A DNA stretch of 64,000 nt from an uncultured Verrucomicrobiae bacterium (GTDB lineage: Bacteria; Verrucomicrobiota; Verrucomicrobiia; Limisphaerales; Palsa-1400): the NCBI GenBank assembly GCA_963707025.1, contig CAVPOM010000004.1, positions 352,001-416,000 of the forward strand, in the 5' to 3' direction. The notes below the pieces were generated by a model. The model was not told where the DNA came from and did not search any database. It was given only the letters and a program-made list of their open reading frames with translations. Below, one piece after another: positions 9,974 through 19,456 of this stretch (positions within the stretch are counted from its first letter, which is position 1; each line of letters opens with the position of its first letter). The position numbers were made by a program, and so were the translations under genes.

Positions 9974-10090
9974 GTAGCCCCTGCGAAGGTGGAAGGCTTT
10001 GCGAAGGTGGGGGAGAGGTGGTTGCCGCCAGGTTCATAGGTTTGGGTTTCCCGCTAGAGCGGATTACAAAATGATGCTGCCAAAACGAAA

Positions 10091-10134
10091 CTCCTCCCTC
10101 TCCTCCTCAGGAGGAGAGGGCCGGGGAGAGGAGG
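10091..10134. repeat. REP-like palindrome (CCCTCTCC...GGAGAGGG family)
   Basis: ccctctcctcctcaggaggagagggccggggagaggagg. Confidence 0.75.
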
Positions 10135-10253
10135 CCTTTTGTCCGGCTTCCGCGCGGCTGCAGCATTCATGAAACTGCTCTCATTGCCATGCCTCCGCAG
10201 GCGCGACATCTCCTTTGCACAAGCAAGCCTGTCACGATGCGCCCGCCGCCCGC

Positions 10254-11066
10254 TCATCGGTCCGACCTGCCCATATACTTGCCTTCCTCCATCCGATAAA
10301 CACCCACGATGTAGCCGTCCTCCCGCACCGTGCCGACTCGCAGCGTGCCTTGAATCTCTATCAAATCGTCCATGATCGTCGGCACCCCTTTGCCCGCCGC
10401 CTTGACCGTGATCAACTCGGTGATGGTCGGCGCAATGCCAAAGCAGCAGGAGGACTGCGTGCGCATGAGCAGGAACTCGGTGGACTTGCCCTCCTCCTCC
10501 TTCAAGGGCATGAGGTAGCCGATGACCGATACCTTTTTCTGGTCCAGCGCCTTGACCTCCGCCGGGATTTGTTTGTCCGCGATATCCGAGCCGGCCGTTT
10601 GGTTGGTGTTCGGCGTGTCCGGCACCAAATACTCGTAGCCGGAAAGCTTGGTGAACTCCACCGACACGACCGCGTCCTTGCCGCTGGCGCCGGACGCGGC
10701 CGGCGCCGGCTTCGCTGCCGGCGTTATCTTGGCCAGGGAGGCGGGCATGGGCGCGGGCGCGGGTGCGGGGGATGGCGGGGCCGCATTCGTGGCCGCGTCG
10801 GCCGCCGCCGGGCCGTCAATCGAGTCGCCGCGGATCAGCTTCTTCTTGGCTGTGGTCTGGGCGGACGCCGGCACGGCCAGCGCCCCCGCCACGCAGCAGG
10901 TCAAAACGATTTGAGTAAAACGGGACCATCTCCAAAGTGCCACCCTGCGATTTGCCGATTCCCTCGCCCCACGAAGCGGGGAGAGGGTTAGGGAGAGGGG
11001 TTCCTTCCATCCAAGGATGGCATTGTCAAAAAGCAGCCGGGCAAAATGGCGGATTATGGGTCGCAT
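10254..11066 (-). CDS. DUF3299-like exported protein (start uncertain)
   Basis: ALDQKKVSVIGYLMP, FLLMRTQSSCCFGIAP, GTLRVG...VYRM. Confidence 0.8.
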   Translation of the reverse strand: MRPIIRHFARLLFDNAILGWKEPLSLTLSPLRGARESANRRVALWRWSRFTQIVLTCCVAGALAVPASAQTTAKKKLIRGDSIDGPAAADAATNAAPPSPAPAPAPMPASLAKITPAAKPAPAASGASGKDAVVSVEFTKLSGYEYLVPDTPNTNQTAGSDIADKQIPAEVKALDQKKVSVIGYLMPLKEEEGKSTEFLLMRTQSSCCFGIAPTITELITVKAAGKGVPTIMDDLIEIQGTLRVGTVREDGYIVGVYRMEEGKYMGRSDR

Positions 11067-11114
11067 GGCATTCTTATATTCTAAAATGACTGTCTGCGGT
11101 AACGGTCGCTTGCT

Positions 11115-11588
11115 TTAATCCGTGTCGTTCCCCTTCGGGAAATTAAACGCAACATTCTGGTACACATTACCTTTGACCTTGAGTTCTTTCAAGACCCCAT
11201 CGAAAGTTTTTGCCGTTTTCAGCCACTCCGCCTGGGCCGTAAAAAACGACGTGTCCCCCACCGTCTCCCCCGTGGCGCGGTTGGGCACGGCGTTGAACAC
11301 CAAAGTCTCCTCCCCGCCCGGCCGCCTGGCTGCGACCTCGATGGAGGCCGCGCTCACCCGCACAAACTCCTCCAATTCCCCGTTCATCACATAAGCCTGC
11401 ACGGTGCCCGTGGCCGCCTCCAGGACCAGTTCCAGATGGTATTCCTCGTGCCCCAGCACCACCGGCGTGCCGCCATGCGGCGGCTTGTGCTCGTGCCTGG
11501 GCGGCGCTTCCGCCTTCGGTTCCAAGCCCGTCCCTTTCCCGCAACTGCACAGCAGCAGCAGCACCAGTCCGCCCGCGCCAATTCCCAT
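11115..11588 (-). CDS. His-rich putative metal-binding lipoprotein (start uncertain)
   Basis: Hydrophobic leader with Cys; HEHKPPHGG...YHLELV motif. Confidence 0.7.
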   Translation of the reverse strand: MGIGAGGLVLLLLCSCGKGTGLEPKAEAPPRHEHKPPHGGTPVVLGHEEYHLELVLEAATGTVQAYVMNGELEEFVRVSAASIEVAARRPGGEETLVFNAVPNRATGETVGDTSFFTAQAEWLKTAKTFDGVLKELKVKGNVYQNVAFNFPKGNDTD

Positions 11589-11839
11589 CCATTTCAGCCT
11601 CCGCTTCTTGGCAAAATCATATACTCGACCGGGCGTCAAAGACCAGCAGCCATTATATGCAGCGCTATCCACAAGAATTGCGCATTTTTGGCAAAATCTT
11701 CAGAACCTGCCATCCGAATGACAAATGAGAAATTCTCAATGACAGATTTTCAATTTGGGCTGAACTCTCTGGTTGCGGCGTCAGCCGCGCTGTGCCTTGG
11801 CGCCTTCCGCCCCTTCCCATCGCGCTCTGGAGCATTTCC

Positions 11840-11868
11840 TTGAACTGGCCCCATCCGCCCTGTAAACT
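11840..11868 (+). promoter_or_regulatory. sigma70-like promoter upstream of nifS
   Basis: TTGAAC-17 bp-TAAACT. Confidence 0.5.
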
Positions 11869-11906
11869 GCCGGCATGAGTTTTGTCGCCGGCCGTTTTCA
11901 GCATCT

Positions 11907-13124
11907 ATGAGCCAGCAGAAAATTTATTATTTTGACAATAACGCCACCACCCGCGTGGCCCCCGAAGTCCTGGACGCCATGCTGCCGTTCTTGCGCGACC
12001 ATTACGGCAATCCTTCCAGCATCTACAAATTCGGCAGCCAGACCGGCCGGGAGGTCGAGGAGGCCCGCGCCAAGGTCGCCGCCCTCCTCAACGCCGACCC
12101 CAGGGAAATCGTCTTCACCAGTTGCGGCTCCGAAAGCAACAACGCCGCCCTGCACAGCGCCCTGGTCACCCATCCCGGCCGCCGCCACATCCTCACCACC
12201 GCGGTGGAGCATTCTGCCATCATCAATCATTGCGCCTTCCTCCAAAAACAGGGTTGCGAAGTCACTTTCCTCCCCGTGGACGCCGACGGCTCCCTGGACT
12301 TGCATCTGCTCGACAAATCCATCCGCCCAGACACCGCCCTGGTTTCGGTCATGTGGGCCAACAACGAAACCGGCGTCATTTTTCCCATCGAAGAAATCGC
12401 CGCCATCTGCCACAGCAAAAATGTCCTCTTTCACACCGACGCCACCCAGGTGCCGGGCAAACTCCAAATGGATGTCAAGGCGCTGGACGCCGATTTGCTC
12501 ACCCTGTCCGCCCACAAACTTCATGCCCCCAAGGGCATTGGGTTGCTCTATGTCAAGCGCCGCACCAAATTCCAGGCCTATCTCCTGGGCGGCCATCAGG
12601 AACGCGGCCGCCGCGCCGGCACCGAGAACGTCGCCGCCATCGTCGCCTTCGGCCGCGCCGCCGAGCTGGCCCTGGCCAATTTCCAGGACGAGAACACCCG
12701 CGTCCGCGCCCTGCGCGACCGCATGGAGAAGACCATTCTCTCCACCATACCCAACACCATCCGCAACGGCGCCCAGGAACCGCGCCTGCCCAACACCAGC
12801 AACATCGCCTTCGACTTCGTGGAGGCCGAGGCCATCCTGCTGTTGCTCGACCAGATCGGCGTCTGCGCTTCCAGCGGTTCGGCCTGCACCACCGGCTCGC
12901 TCGCGCCCTCCCATGTCCTGACGGCGATGGGCCTCAGCCCCGCCCGGGCCCGCGGCTGCATCCGTTTCAGCCTGGGCATTTACAACACCGCCGAGGAAGT
13001 GGACCATCTCCTGCACCACCTTCCCCAGATCATCAAAAAGCTCCGCGAGATTTCCCCGGTCAGTGCCAAGCCCCATCACCCCGCCTCCGCTCATCCCAAA
13101 CACGAAAAGCCCCTCGCGGCATGA
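11907..13124 (+). CDS. nifS: Cysteine desulfurase (NifS/IscS class I)
   Basis: YFDNNATT, HTDATQ, SAHKLHAPKG (PLP Lys), SSGSACT. Confidence 0.95.
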   Translation: MSQQKIYYFDNNATTRVAPEVLDAMLPFLRDHYGNPSSIYKFGSQTGREVEEARAKVAALLNADPREIVFTSCGSESNNAALHSALVTHPGRRHILTTAVEHSAIINHCAFLQKQGCEVTFLPVDADGSLDLHLLDKSIRPDTALVSVMWANNETGVIFPIEEIAAICHSKNVLFHTDATQVPGKLQMDVKALDADLLTLSAHKLHAPKGIGLLYVKRRTKFQAYLLGGHQERGRRAGTENVAAIVAFGRAAELALANFQDENTRVRALRDRMEKTILSTIPNTIRNGAQEPRLPNTSNIAFDFVEAEAILLLLDQIGVCASSGSACTTGSLAPSHVLTAMGLSPARARGCIRFSLGIYNTAEEVDHLLHHLPQIIKKLREISPVSAKPHHPASAHPKHEKPLAA

Positions 13125-13204
13125 AGCGTGCGCGAAAAATTCTGGGGAGCACACGCGCCCTCGCGTGTGGTGGCCGGCGCCCTCGCCGGACACGTCTTTA
13201 CAAT

Positions 13205-13466
13205 TTACACACTTGATATTGAACCGGCGAAACGCCGGCGTTTGGGGAGCGCGGTCGTCCCGCCCGCCGCGTTCGGCGTCCCGCCGAACGCTCTTGAGGT
13301 GCGCCTGCCCTTCCTGCGCGAAGATTTGCGAGGCGAAGTTCTCAAGCTCCAAGCCGGGGGAAATCATTACCGGCTGCGCGTTGGAAACTTTCGGGTGCTC
13401 TTCTTGCTGGCAGACGACGCCATCCAAGTGTATGCCGTCAAAGACAGGAAAGAAGCCTATGCATGA
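13205..13466 (+). pseudogene. RelE/ParE-like toxin remnant containing an in-frame REP
   Basis: C-terminus LRGEVLKL...YRLRVGNFRVLF...VKDRKEAY is RelE-like; no clear start; REP at about 13241-13291. Confidence 0.65.
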
Positions 13467-13519
13467 TACGGCTGTGTTGCAAAAAGTCGAAGCCCTGACC
13501 AGGACCGTGGAAGGACACC

Positions 13520-14134
13520 CGGTTGACCCATGCTTTTTCTAAAAAACTGGAAAACCTGGAATACAACGTCGCCCTTTATTTTATGCACTGCGACTTTTGC
13601 CGGATTCACTCAGCCTTGCGCGCCACCCCGGCAATGGAGGCCGGAATCACTGTTCCTGTCTGGCCGATGGCCGAAGTGGTGATGCTGATTGAAACACAAA
13701 CTGATTTGGCTTGACCGGCATGCCGGGTGGAATTACTCCTCTGGAGAGTCACAGAATGCAACTCGCGGGTCGAATATGTAAGATTTGTGAACGCAACATA
13801 GTAATTGCGAGCGAAGGCAAGTTTTGCGCCAAGTGCGGAACGGTGGTGCATCTCCAATGCGAACCAAAAGCCCAGTGCGGTGATTGCGGCCGGCCGTTTC
13901 AACATTGGGAGCCTCCTGAGCCAGATCCACTGGGACAGGCGCTGCTTCCTCCGGCGTTACGGTCCCAGAAAAGTGGTGGAACTGTTTTTTTCATAGGATG
14001 TTTTGTGATTATAGCAATGGTGGTGCTTTTGGTGAAAGGTTGTGCATCCTCTATCCGCGGCTTGTAAAAACGCTTGATGCAGGAATAGCATCACCACAGT
14101 TCTGGAGCGTTTAGATTAAAATTGACACACTGCC
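13520..14134 (+). mobile_element. Truncated IS1-family element: transposase C-terminus, passenger gene and right end
   Basis: RLTHAFSKKLENL...ALYFMHCDFCRIHSALRATPAMEAGIT..VW resembles IS1-family transposase C-termini; AAATTGACACACTGCC ending at 14134 resembles an IS1-type right IR. Confidence 0.7.
13756..14067 (+). CDS. Small C4HC3 zinc-finger (prokaryotic RING-like) protein with C-terminal TM helix
   Basis: CKIC-x13-CAKC-x4-H-x2-C-x5-CGDC then a hydrophobic tail; lower GC than flanks. Confidence 0.7.
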   Translation: MQLAGRICKICERNIVIASEGKFCAKCGTVVHLQCEPKAQCGDCGRPFQHWEPPEPDPLGQALLPPALRSQKSGGTVFFIGCFVIIAMVVLLVKGCASSIRGL

Positions 14135-14149
14135 AAATAATGAACTCAT

Positions 14150-14177
14150 TTGACTCCCGCCTTTGATGCGTTATATT
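14150..14177 (+). promoter_or_regulatory. sigma70-like promoter for asd
   Basis: TTGACT-16 bp-TATATT. Confidence 0.45.
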
Positions 14178-14189
14178 CCCCGCCCGATT

Positions 14190-15193
14190 ATGAAATCAAA
14201 ACCCCATGTGGCCATCGTCGGCGCCACCGGCGCCGTCGGCCTGGAGATGATCCAGACTCTGGAAAAACGCCGTTTCCCCGTCGGGCAATTGACTTTGCTG
14301 GCCTCGGCCCGCTCCGCCGGCAAAACCCTGCCCTTTCGCGGCCATGACATCCCCGTCCAGCAATTGGCCAGGAATTCCTTCGCGGGCGTGGACCTCGCCC
14401 TCTTCAGCGCGGGGGGCGCGATTTCCAGGGAATTTGCCCCCATCGCCGCCAAGGCCGGTTGCGTGGTCATTGATAATTCCAGCGCCTTCCGCATGGACGA
14501 CGCCGTGCCGCTGGTCATTCCCGAAATCAACGCCGCCGATCTCAAAAATCACCGCGGCATCATCGCCAATCCCAATTGCACCACCGCCATTACCCTGATG
14601 GCCCTCTACCCGTTGCATCAGGCCTTCGGCGTCACTCGCATTTTTGCCTCCAGTTACCAGGCCGTTTCCGGCACGGGGGCCAAAGCCATCCAGGAATTGA
14701 AACGCCAGGTCGGGCAGATCGTCGCCGGCCAGCCGGTGACGCGCGAGGTTTATCCCCATCAAATCGCCTTCAACGTCCTGCCGCAGGTGGATGTTTTCCT
14801 GCCCAGCGGTTACACCAAGGAAGAGGCCAAGATGGAAAACGAGGGCCGCAAGATCATGCACCATCCCGCCTTCCGCGCCAGCGTCACCTGCGTGCGCGTG
14901 CCGGTTTACCGCGCCCATTCCATCGCCGTCAGCGCTGAATTTGAAAAACCGGTCACGGTGGCCGCGGCCCGCGCCATCCTGCTCCGGCCCCCGGCCTGGA
15001 TGTGGTGGACGATCCGGCCAAGCAGGAATATCCGCTGCCGCTCTATGCCGCCGAGAAATACAATTGCCAGGTCGGCCGGCTGCGCCTGGACTGTGCGCTT
15101 GACAACGGCCTTTGTTTCTGGGTGGCGGGCGACCAGCTCCTCAAGGGCGCCGCCTTGAACGCCGTGCAAATCGCCGAGGAACTGCTGAAGTGA
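14190..15193 (+). CDS. asd: Aspartate-semialdehyde dehydrogenase, with a 1-nt frameshift near 14985
   Basis: [30 protein letters not shown]-terminus [16 protein letters not shown] is in another frame. Confidence 0.93.
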
Positions 15194-15372
15194 AAAGGGT
15201 TTCTCCCCGCTTTGTGTTCGCCCGTTGAAAAGTGCCTCCGCTTCAGGGCGTGCGACAAGATTCGTCAGTTCATCCGTCCCATCGGTCCTATCCGTCCTAT
15301 TCTTTGCCAATCGAACCCGGCGAAGATTTTTGTCCCGTGCTCTCCGGTTCTTCGGAAGCAGGCGGGGCCCCC

Positions 15373-15783
15373 TCACGGCGCCACCTTGACAAAGGCGCTG
15401 GACACCGGAATGTGCGCCGCGTTGGCCGCCTGCACCACTTTGACCACCAGGCCCCAGGCCGCATCGGTGTCGGCCCGGATGGCCAGGGTGGTTTTCGGAT
15501 TGGTCCGCACCGCTTCGGTCAGTTTCCGTTCCAGGCTGTCCAGGGTCACCGGATCGGTCTTGAGATAGATCGGCCCTTCTTTGGGAATCGTCACCACCAG
15601 CGCGTTTTCCGTGGCCCCGTTTTGGTTGGGCTGGTTGGATTTGGGCAGCGCCAGGCGCACCGCCGGCTGTTGCTTGGCCGTCGTTGTCACCATGAGAAAG
15701 ATCAGCACGACCAGCAGCACATCAATCAGGGAAATGATGATGATCGTCGGGGTCTGCGGTCGTTTATGCGTGATGAACTGCAT
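15373..15783 (-). CDS. exbD: Biopolymer transporter ExbD/TolR
   Basis: ISLIDVLLVVLIFLMVTT; LAIRADTDA. Confidence 0.9.
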   Translation of the reverse strand: MQFITHKRPQTPTIIIISLIDVLLVVLIFLMVTTTAKQQPAVRLALPKSNQPNQNGATENALVVTIPKEGPIYLKTDPVTLDSLERKLTEAVRTNPKTTLAIRADTDAAWGLVVKVVQAANAAHIPVSSAFVKVAP

Positions 15784-15788
15784 GGCTT

Positions 15789-16430
15789 TCAGGAGCGGCG
15801 CCGGGCCGGGGCCTCTTCCGCTTCGTCCTCCTCCGGGCGTGGATATTGCCGGACGAGAAATTGTTCGCACAGGGCCGCCATTTCCACGGCCAGGTTTTCC
15901 ACCTTTTTGCTGTAGTAACTCCAGGCGATGAGCGAGGGGATGGCCGTGACCAGGCCCATCATGGTGGCCCGCAAGGCCAGCGCGATGCCCCGGGCCACCC
16001 CGCTGTTGTCCCCCATCCCCGCCACGTCCAGCCCGCCGAACAACTCGATCAACCCGTAGATCGTTCCCACCAGGCCCATCAGCGGCGCGATGCCGACCAC
16101 AATTTCCAGAACCACCAGCCGGCGCTCCATTCTCGACACCTCGTGCCGCGCGGTGGTTTCCAGCGCGCCGGCATTCTCCACTTTGGGCCAGTTGCGGCGC
16201 TGGCCGGCCTGCAGGAGCAGCCGGCTTAAGGGCGAGGGATTTTGCTCGCAGATCCTTTGCAAGGCCGGCCAATCCGCCGCCGTCCGGCAGGCTTCCAGCG
16301 CGTCGGCCACCGAGGGCGGAATGATCGTGCCGGCGCGCAAGGCCACGCCCCGCTCGATGATGACGGCCAGGCCGACCACCGAGGTCAGCAGCAGCGATCC
16401 CAGGATCATGTCTTTGATGATTTCTTCCAT
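15789..16430 (-). CDS. exbB: MotA/TolQ/ExbB proton channel
   Basis: APLMGLVGTIYG; GIALALRATMMGL. Confidence 0.9.
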   Translation of the reverse strand: MEEIIKDMILGSLLLTSVVGLAVIIERGVALRAGTIIPPSVADALEACRTAADWPALQRICEQNPSPLSRLLLQAGQRRNWPKVENAGALETTARHEVSRMERRLVVLEIVVGIAPLMGLVGTIYGLIELFGGLDVAGMGDNSGVARGIALALRATMMGLVTAIPSLIAWSYYSKKVENLAVEMAALCEQFLVRQYPRPEEDEAEEAPARRRS

Positions 16431-16456
16431 GTTTCAGCCAGCTTGAGGTTAACCCA

Positions 16457-17479
16457 TCAATTGGAATAGTAAAAAGTAAACCGCACCTGCCGCGGGTCCT
16501 TGATCACCGCGAGCATCTTCGCCGGCCAGCGTTTGTAAGGGGCCGGGTCCTGCACCGCCTGCTGGCAGATGAGCGTGAGCAATTCATTGACATCGCTGAA
16601 CTGCATCTTCATCTCGCTGATCCGTCCGTCGGCATGCAGGTTGAATTCCAGCTCCACCCTTCCCGCCACACTGTCCTGCCGGTCCCTCAGCAGCTCAAAC
16701 CAGCGCGCCTGCACCGCGTCAATAAAATCCCGGTCATAATCCCCATAGACCGTCCGCACGGCGTCCACGCTGGAATCCAGCGCCACATGATTGGCCCCGC
16801 CCTCCAGGCGCATTCTGGGGTTGGGCGCTCCCGTTTGTTCCCGGGCTTGCGCCAGTGTGTGCGGCCGTTCCTGTTTCGGCTCGGTCGCGGCCGCCGCGCC
16901 GTTGTCCAAGGCGGCGGTTCCTTTGCTCTCGTTCATCTTCTCCGCCGGTTTGGCGTCCGCCAGGCCGCCCGGAGTGTCACTCGGTTTGGGCATGGCTTTG
17001 CTTTCGGCATTTTCCTTTGCCGCCGTTTCCGCTTTTGGCTCCGGCGGCGGCGAGGGCTGCAACGGCACCGACCGCGCGCCGGGGGCGACGGTTTGCATCA
17101 CCTTGTCCTGCGTGCCGTTGATTTGCGGCTGATCGGCAGGGACCTTTTTTTCCGGGTTGGCGGCCACGGTATCCGCCGTGCTGTAAAACTTGGGGTTTTC
17201 CGGCGGCTTGGCGGCGGCCAAAGCGGGGTCCACGTCCACATAGAGCAGGGGCGGCGGCTGTGGGGCTTGGGCGGCGCGCGGCGGGCGGGCGGGGTTGGCC
17301 TGCAACTTGTGCGGGGTGAGCTGCAGCCAGGCCGGCATGGCCAGGCCCTTCCAGGTAATGTGGGTTTGGCCCCACTTCCAGGCGCCGAATGCGCCCAGAT
17401 GAATGGCCAGCGACAAGGCCACCGCCTTGAGCAATAATTGCCCGGCGGCATTCGCGCCTCTGGGTTGTGCAACCGTCAT
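16457..17479 (-). CDS. TonB/TolA-like protein
   Basis: TM with S-x3-H motif, Pro/Ala/Lys linker, TonB_C-like C-terminus. Confidence 0.8.
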   Translation of the reverse strand: MTVAQPRGANAAGQLLLKAVALSLAIHLGAFGAWKWGQTHITWKGLAMPAWLQLTPHKLQANPARPPRAAQAPQPPPLLYVDVDPALAAAKPPENPKFYSTADTVAANPEKKVPADQPQINGTQDKVMQTVAPGARSVPLQPSPPPEPKAETAAKENAESKAMPKPSDTPGGLADAKPAEKMNESKGTAALDNGAAAATEPKQERPHTLAQAREQTGAPNPRMRLEGGANHVALDSSVDAVRTVYGDYDRDFIDAVQARWFELLRDRQDSVAGRVELEFNLHADGRISEMKMQFSDVNELLTLICQQAVQDPAPYKRWPAKMLAVIKDPRQVRFTFYYSN

Positions 17480-17576
17480 CCTACCAACATGTTCCCACAT
17501 CCCTGAGAATTCGCAACACCGCGCAAGGGACTTCTCCTCCCCCGGGTGCATCTCACTTTACGGGGTATCCTCCGCT

Positions 17577-17611
17577 GATCTTAATCTTAATCTTAATCCT
17601 AATCTTAATCT
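17577..17611. repeat. YTAATC hexamer tract
   Basis: cttaatcttaatcttaatcctaatcttaatc. Confidence 0.85.
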
Positions 17612-17641
17612 CCTTCGTGAAGTGACATGCGCCATCCCCCC

Positions 17642-18658
17642 TTACTCCTTCTTTTCCTCCACCCTCTTTTCCAATTCCTTGACCCGGCGGATCAGCTCGG
17701 GCAGTTGATGCAGGGCGATGATTTCGCGCTTGGCCTGGCGGTCCGGTTGCGCCGGGGCGCCCAGCCATTTGCCCCCGTCAGGAATGTCGTGCATGACCCC
17801 GGATTGCGCGGCCACGATGACCTGGCGGCCGATTTTCAGATGGCCCGCGACGCCCACTTGTCCGGCCAGGGTGCTGTAGCTGCCAATCTCGGTGCTGCCG
17901 GCCACCCCCACTTGCGCCACCACCAGGCAATGTTCCCCAACGCTCACGTTGTGGGCAATCTGCACCAGATTGTCTATTTTGGTGCCGCGTCCGATCACCG
18001 TCGGGCCCAGCGCGCCCCGGTCTATGGTCACGTTGGCCCCAATTTCCACGTCGTCCTGAATGATGACCATCCCGGCTTGCGGCACCTTGCGATGGATGCC
18101 CCCGTCCAACACGTAGCCGAAGCCATCCGCCCCGATCACCGCCCCGGCATGGATGCGCACCCGCTGGCCGATCCGGGTCAATGGATAAAGTGTGACCCCC
18201 GGAAACAAATTCGTGTCCGCTCCAACCACGCTGTTTTCCCCCACGTGGTTCCCGCCTTGCAAAACGGCGCGCGCGCCAATCTGCACATTTTCCCCCAGGT
18301 GACAAAACGGGCCGACATGTGCCGTGGCATCAATCTGCGCGGAAGCCGCGATCAGCGCGCTGGCGTGGACCCCGGCGGGAAATATTTTTTCCGGGAAGAA
18401 CCACGGCAAGGCCCGGGCAAAGGCAATCCGGGCGTTGCGGACGCGAATCAGCACTTTGCGGGCCGAGGTGAAGGGGCCGTCCACCAGAATGGCGGCGGCG
18501 GCGCTTTGTTCGGCTTTGGCGAAAAAAGCCTCGCTTTCAGCGAAGGTCAGATCGCCCGCCTTGGCCGTGTCGGCGGGCGCGAAACCGCTCAGGACAACCG
18601 AGCCATCGCCCAGGACTTCTCCCTGGAGATCTTGTGCAAGTTGGGCGGCGGTTAGCAT
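17642..18658 (-). CDS. lpxD: UDP-3-O-(3-hydroxyacyl)glucosamine N-acyltransferase
   Basis: Hexapeptide repeats, [21 protein letters not shown]. Confidence 0.97.
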   Translation of the reverse strand: MLTAAQLAQDLQGEVLGDGSVVLSGFAPADTAKAGDLTFAESEAFFAKAEQSAAAAILVDGPFTSARKVLIRVRNARIAFARALPWFFPEKIFPAGVHASALIAASAQIDATAHVGPFCHLGENVQIGARAVLQGGNHVGENSVVGADTNLFPGVTLYPLTRIGQRVRIHAGAVIGADGFGYVLDGGIHRKVPQAGMVIIQDDVEIGANVTIDRGALGPTVIGRGTKIDNLVQIAHNVSVGEHCLVVAQVGVAGSTEIGSYSTLAGQVGVAGHLKIGRQVIVAAQSGVMHDIPDGGKWLGAPAQPDRQAKREIIALHQLPELIRRVKELEKRVEEKKE

Positions 18659-18803
18659 GAAATGATGGCCATCGGGCAGGATGGAGGAGGCGGAAAAATT
18701 GTAATGCGTCCGTCATGGCTGGGCCGGGAAGGGCAGGGCGGGTCCCGAAATATCGGGACCCGCCCTGCCACCCAGGACGGACGCATTGCGGAAAATGTCC
18801 GGT

Positions 18804-19166
18804 TCATACGCCCCGTTCATTGATGATCTTGTTCCCCTCGCCCAGGACGATGACGCGGGGATGCCATCCTTTGGCTTCGCTCTGCTCGATCCAGCCGAAG
18901 CTCATGATGGTCAGGCGGTCGCCCGCCTTGCCCAAATGGGACGTCGCCCCGTTGAGGATGATCGCCCCCGAACCGGCCTCGCCGGCGATGGCGTAGGTCT
19001 CGAAGCGCTCGCCATTGGCCATGTTGCTGGCCAGGATTCTCTCGTGGACCAGCAGGCCGGCTTTTTCCATCAAAGCCCGGTCAATGGTCAGGCTGCCCTC
19101 GTAATTGAGGTTGCTCCCGGTGATTTGGGCCCGATGAATTTTCGATTTCAATATTTCCACCTGCAT
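18804..19166 (-). CDS. panD: Aspartate 1-decarboxylase
   Basis: KSKIHRA, YEGSLTID, NGERFETY. Confidence 0.96.
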   Translation of the reverse strand: MQVEILKSKIHRAQITGSNLNYEGSLTIDRALMEKAGLLVHERILASNMANGERFETYAIAGEAGSGAIILNGATSHLGKAGDRLTIMSFGWIEQSEAKGWHPRVIVLGEGNKIINERGV

Positions 19167-19342
19167 AATCGGAACAGTTCCGGCAACCCCTCAGTCTTGG
19201 ATGGTAGGGCGCGCACTCCGTGCGCGCCGCGGCGGGCAACCCAGTGCCCGCCCCGCCTTTCCTGGCCTCCATAATAAATACTGACCGGTTGCCATTCCCC
19301 GTTTTTTCTCCCGCAGTCGGGCGGAGGACGGCAAGTCGCTGG

Positions 19343-19371
19343 TTGACGCGAAATTCGCCGCCCACTATAAA
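19343..19371 (+). promoter_or_regulatory. sigma70-like promoter
   Basis: TTGACG-17 bp-TATAAA. Confidence 0.6.
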
Positions 19372-19456
19372 GGAGCCGTCATTCGAAATTCAACTCTAAG
19401 TTTTGGCCCGCGCCAGCGCGGACACTTTATTGATCAGTCAACCATAACGAATATTT

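Noticed and set aside
14975..15000. Programmed ribosomal frameshift in asd
   Set aside because: No canonical slippery heptamer; the homopolymer context fits a sequencing indel
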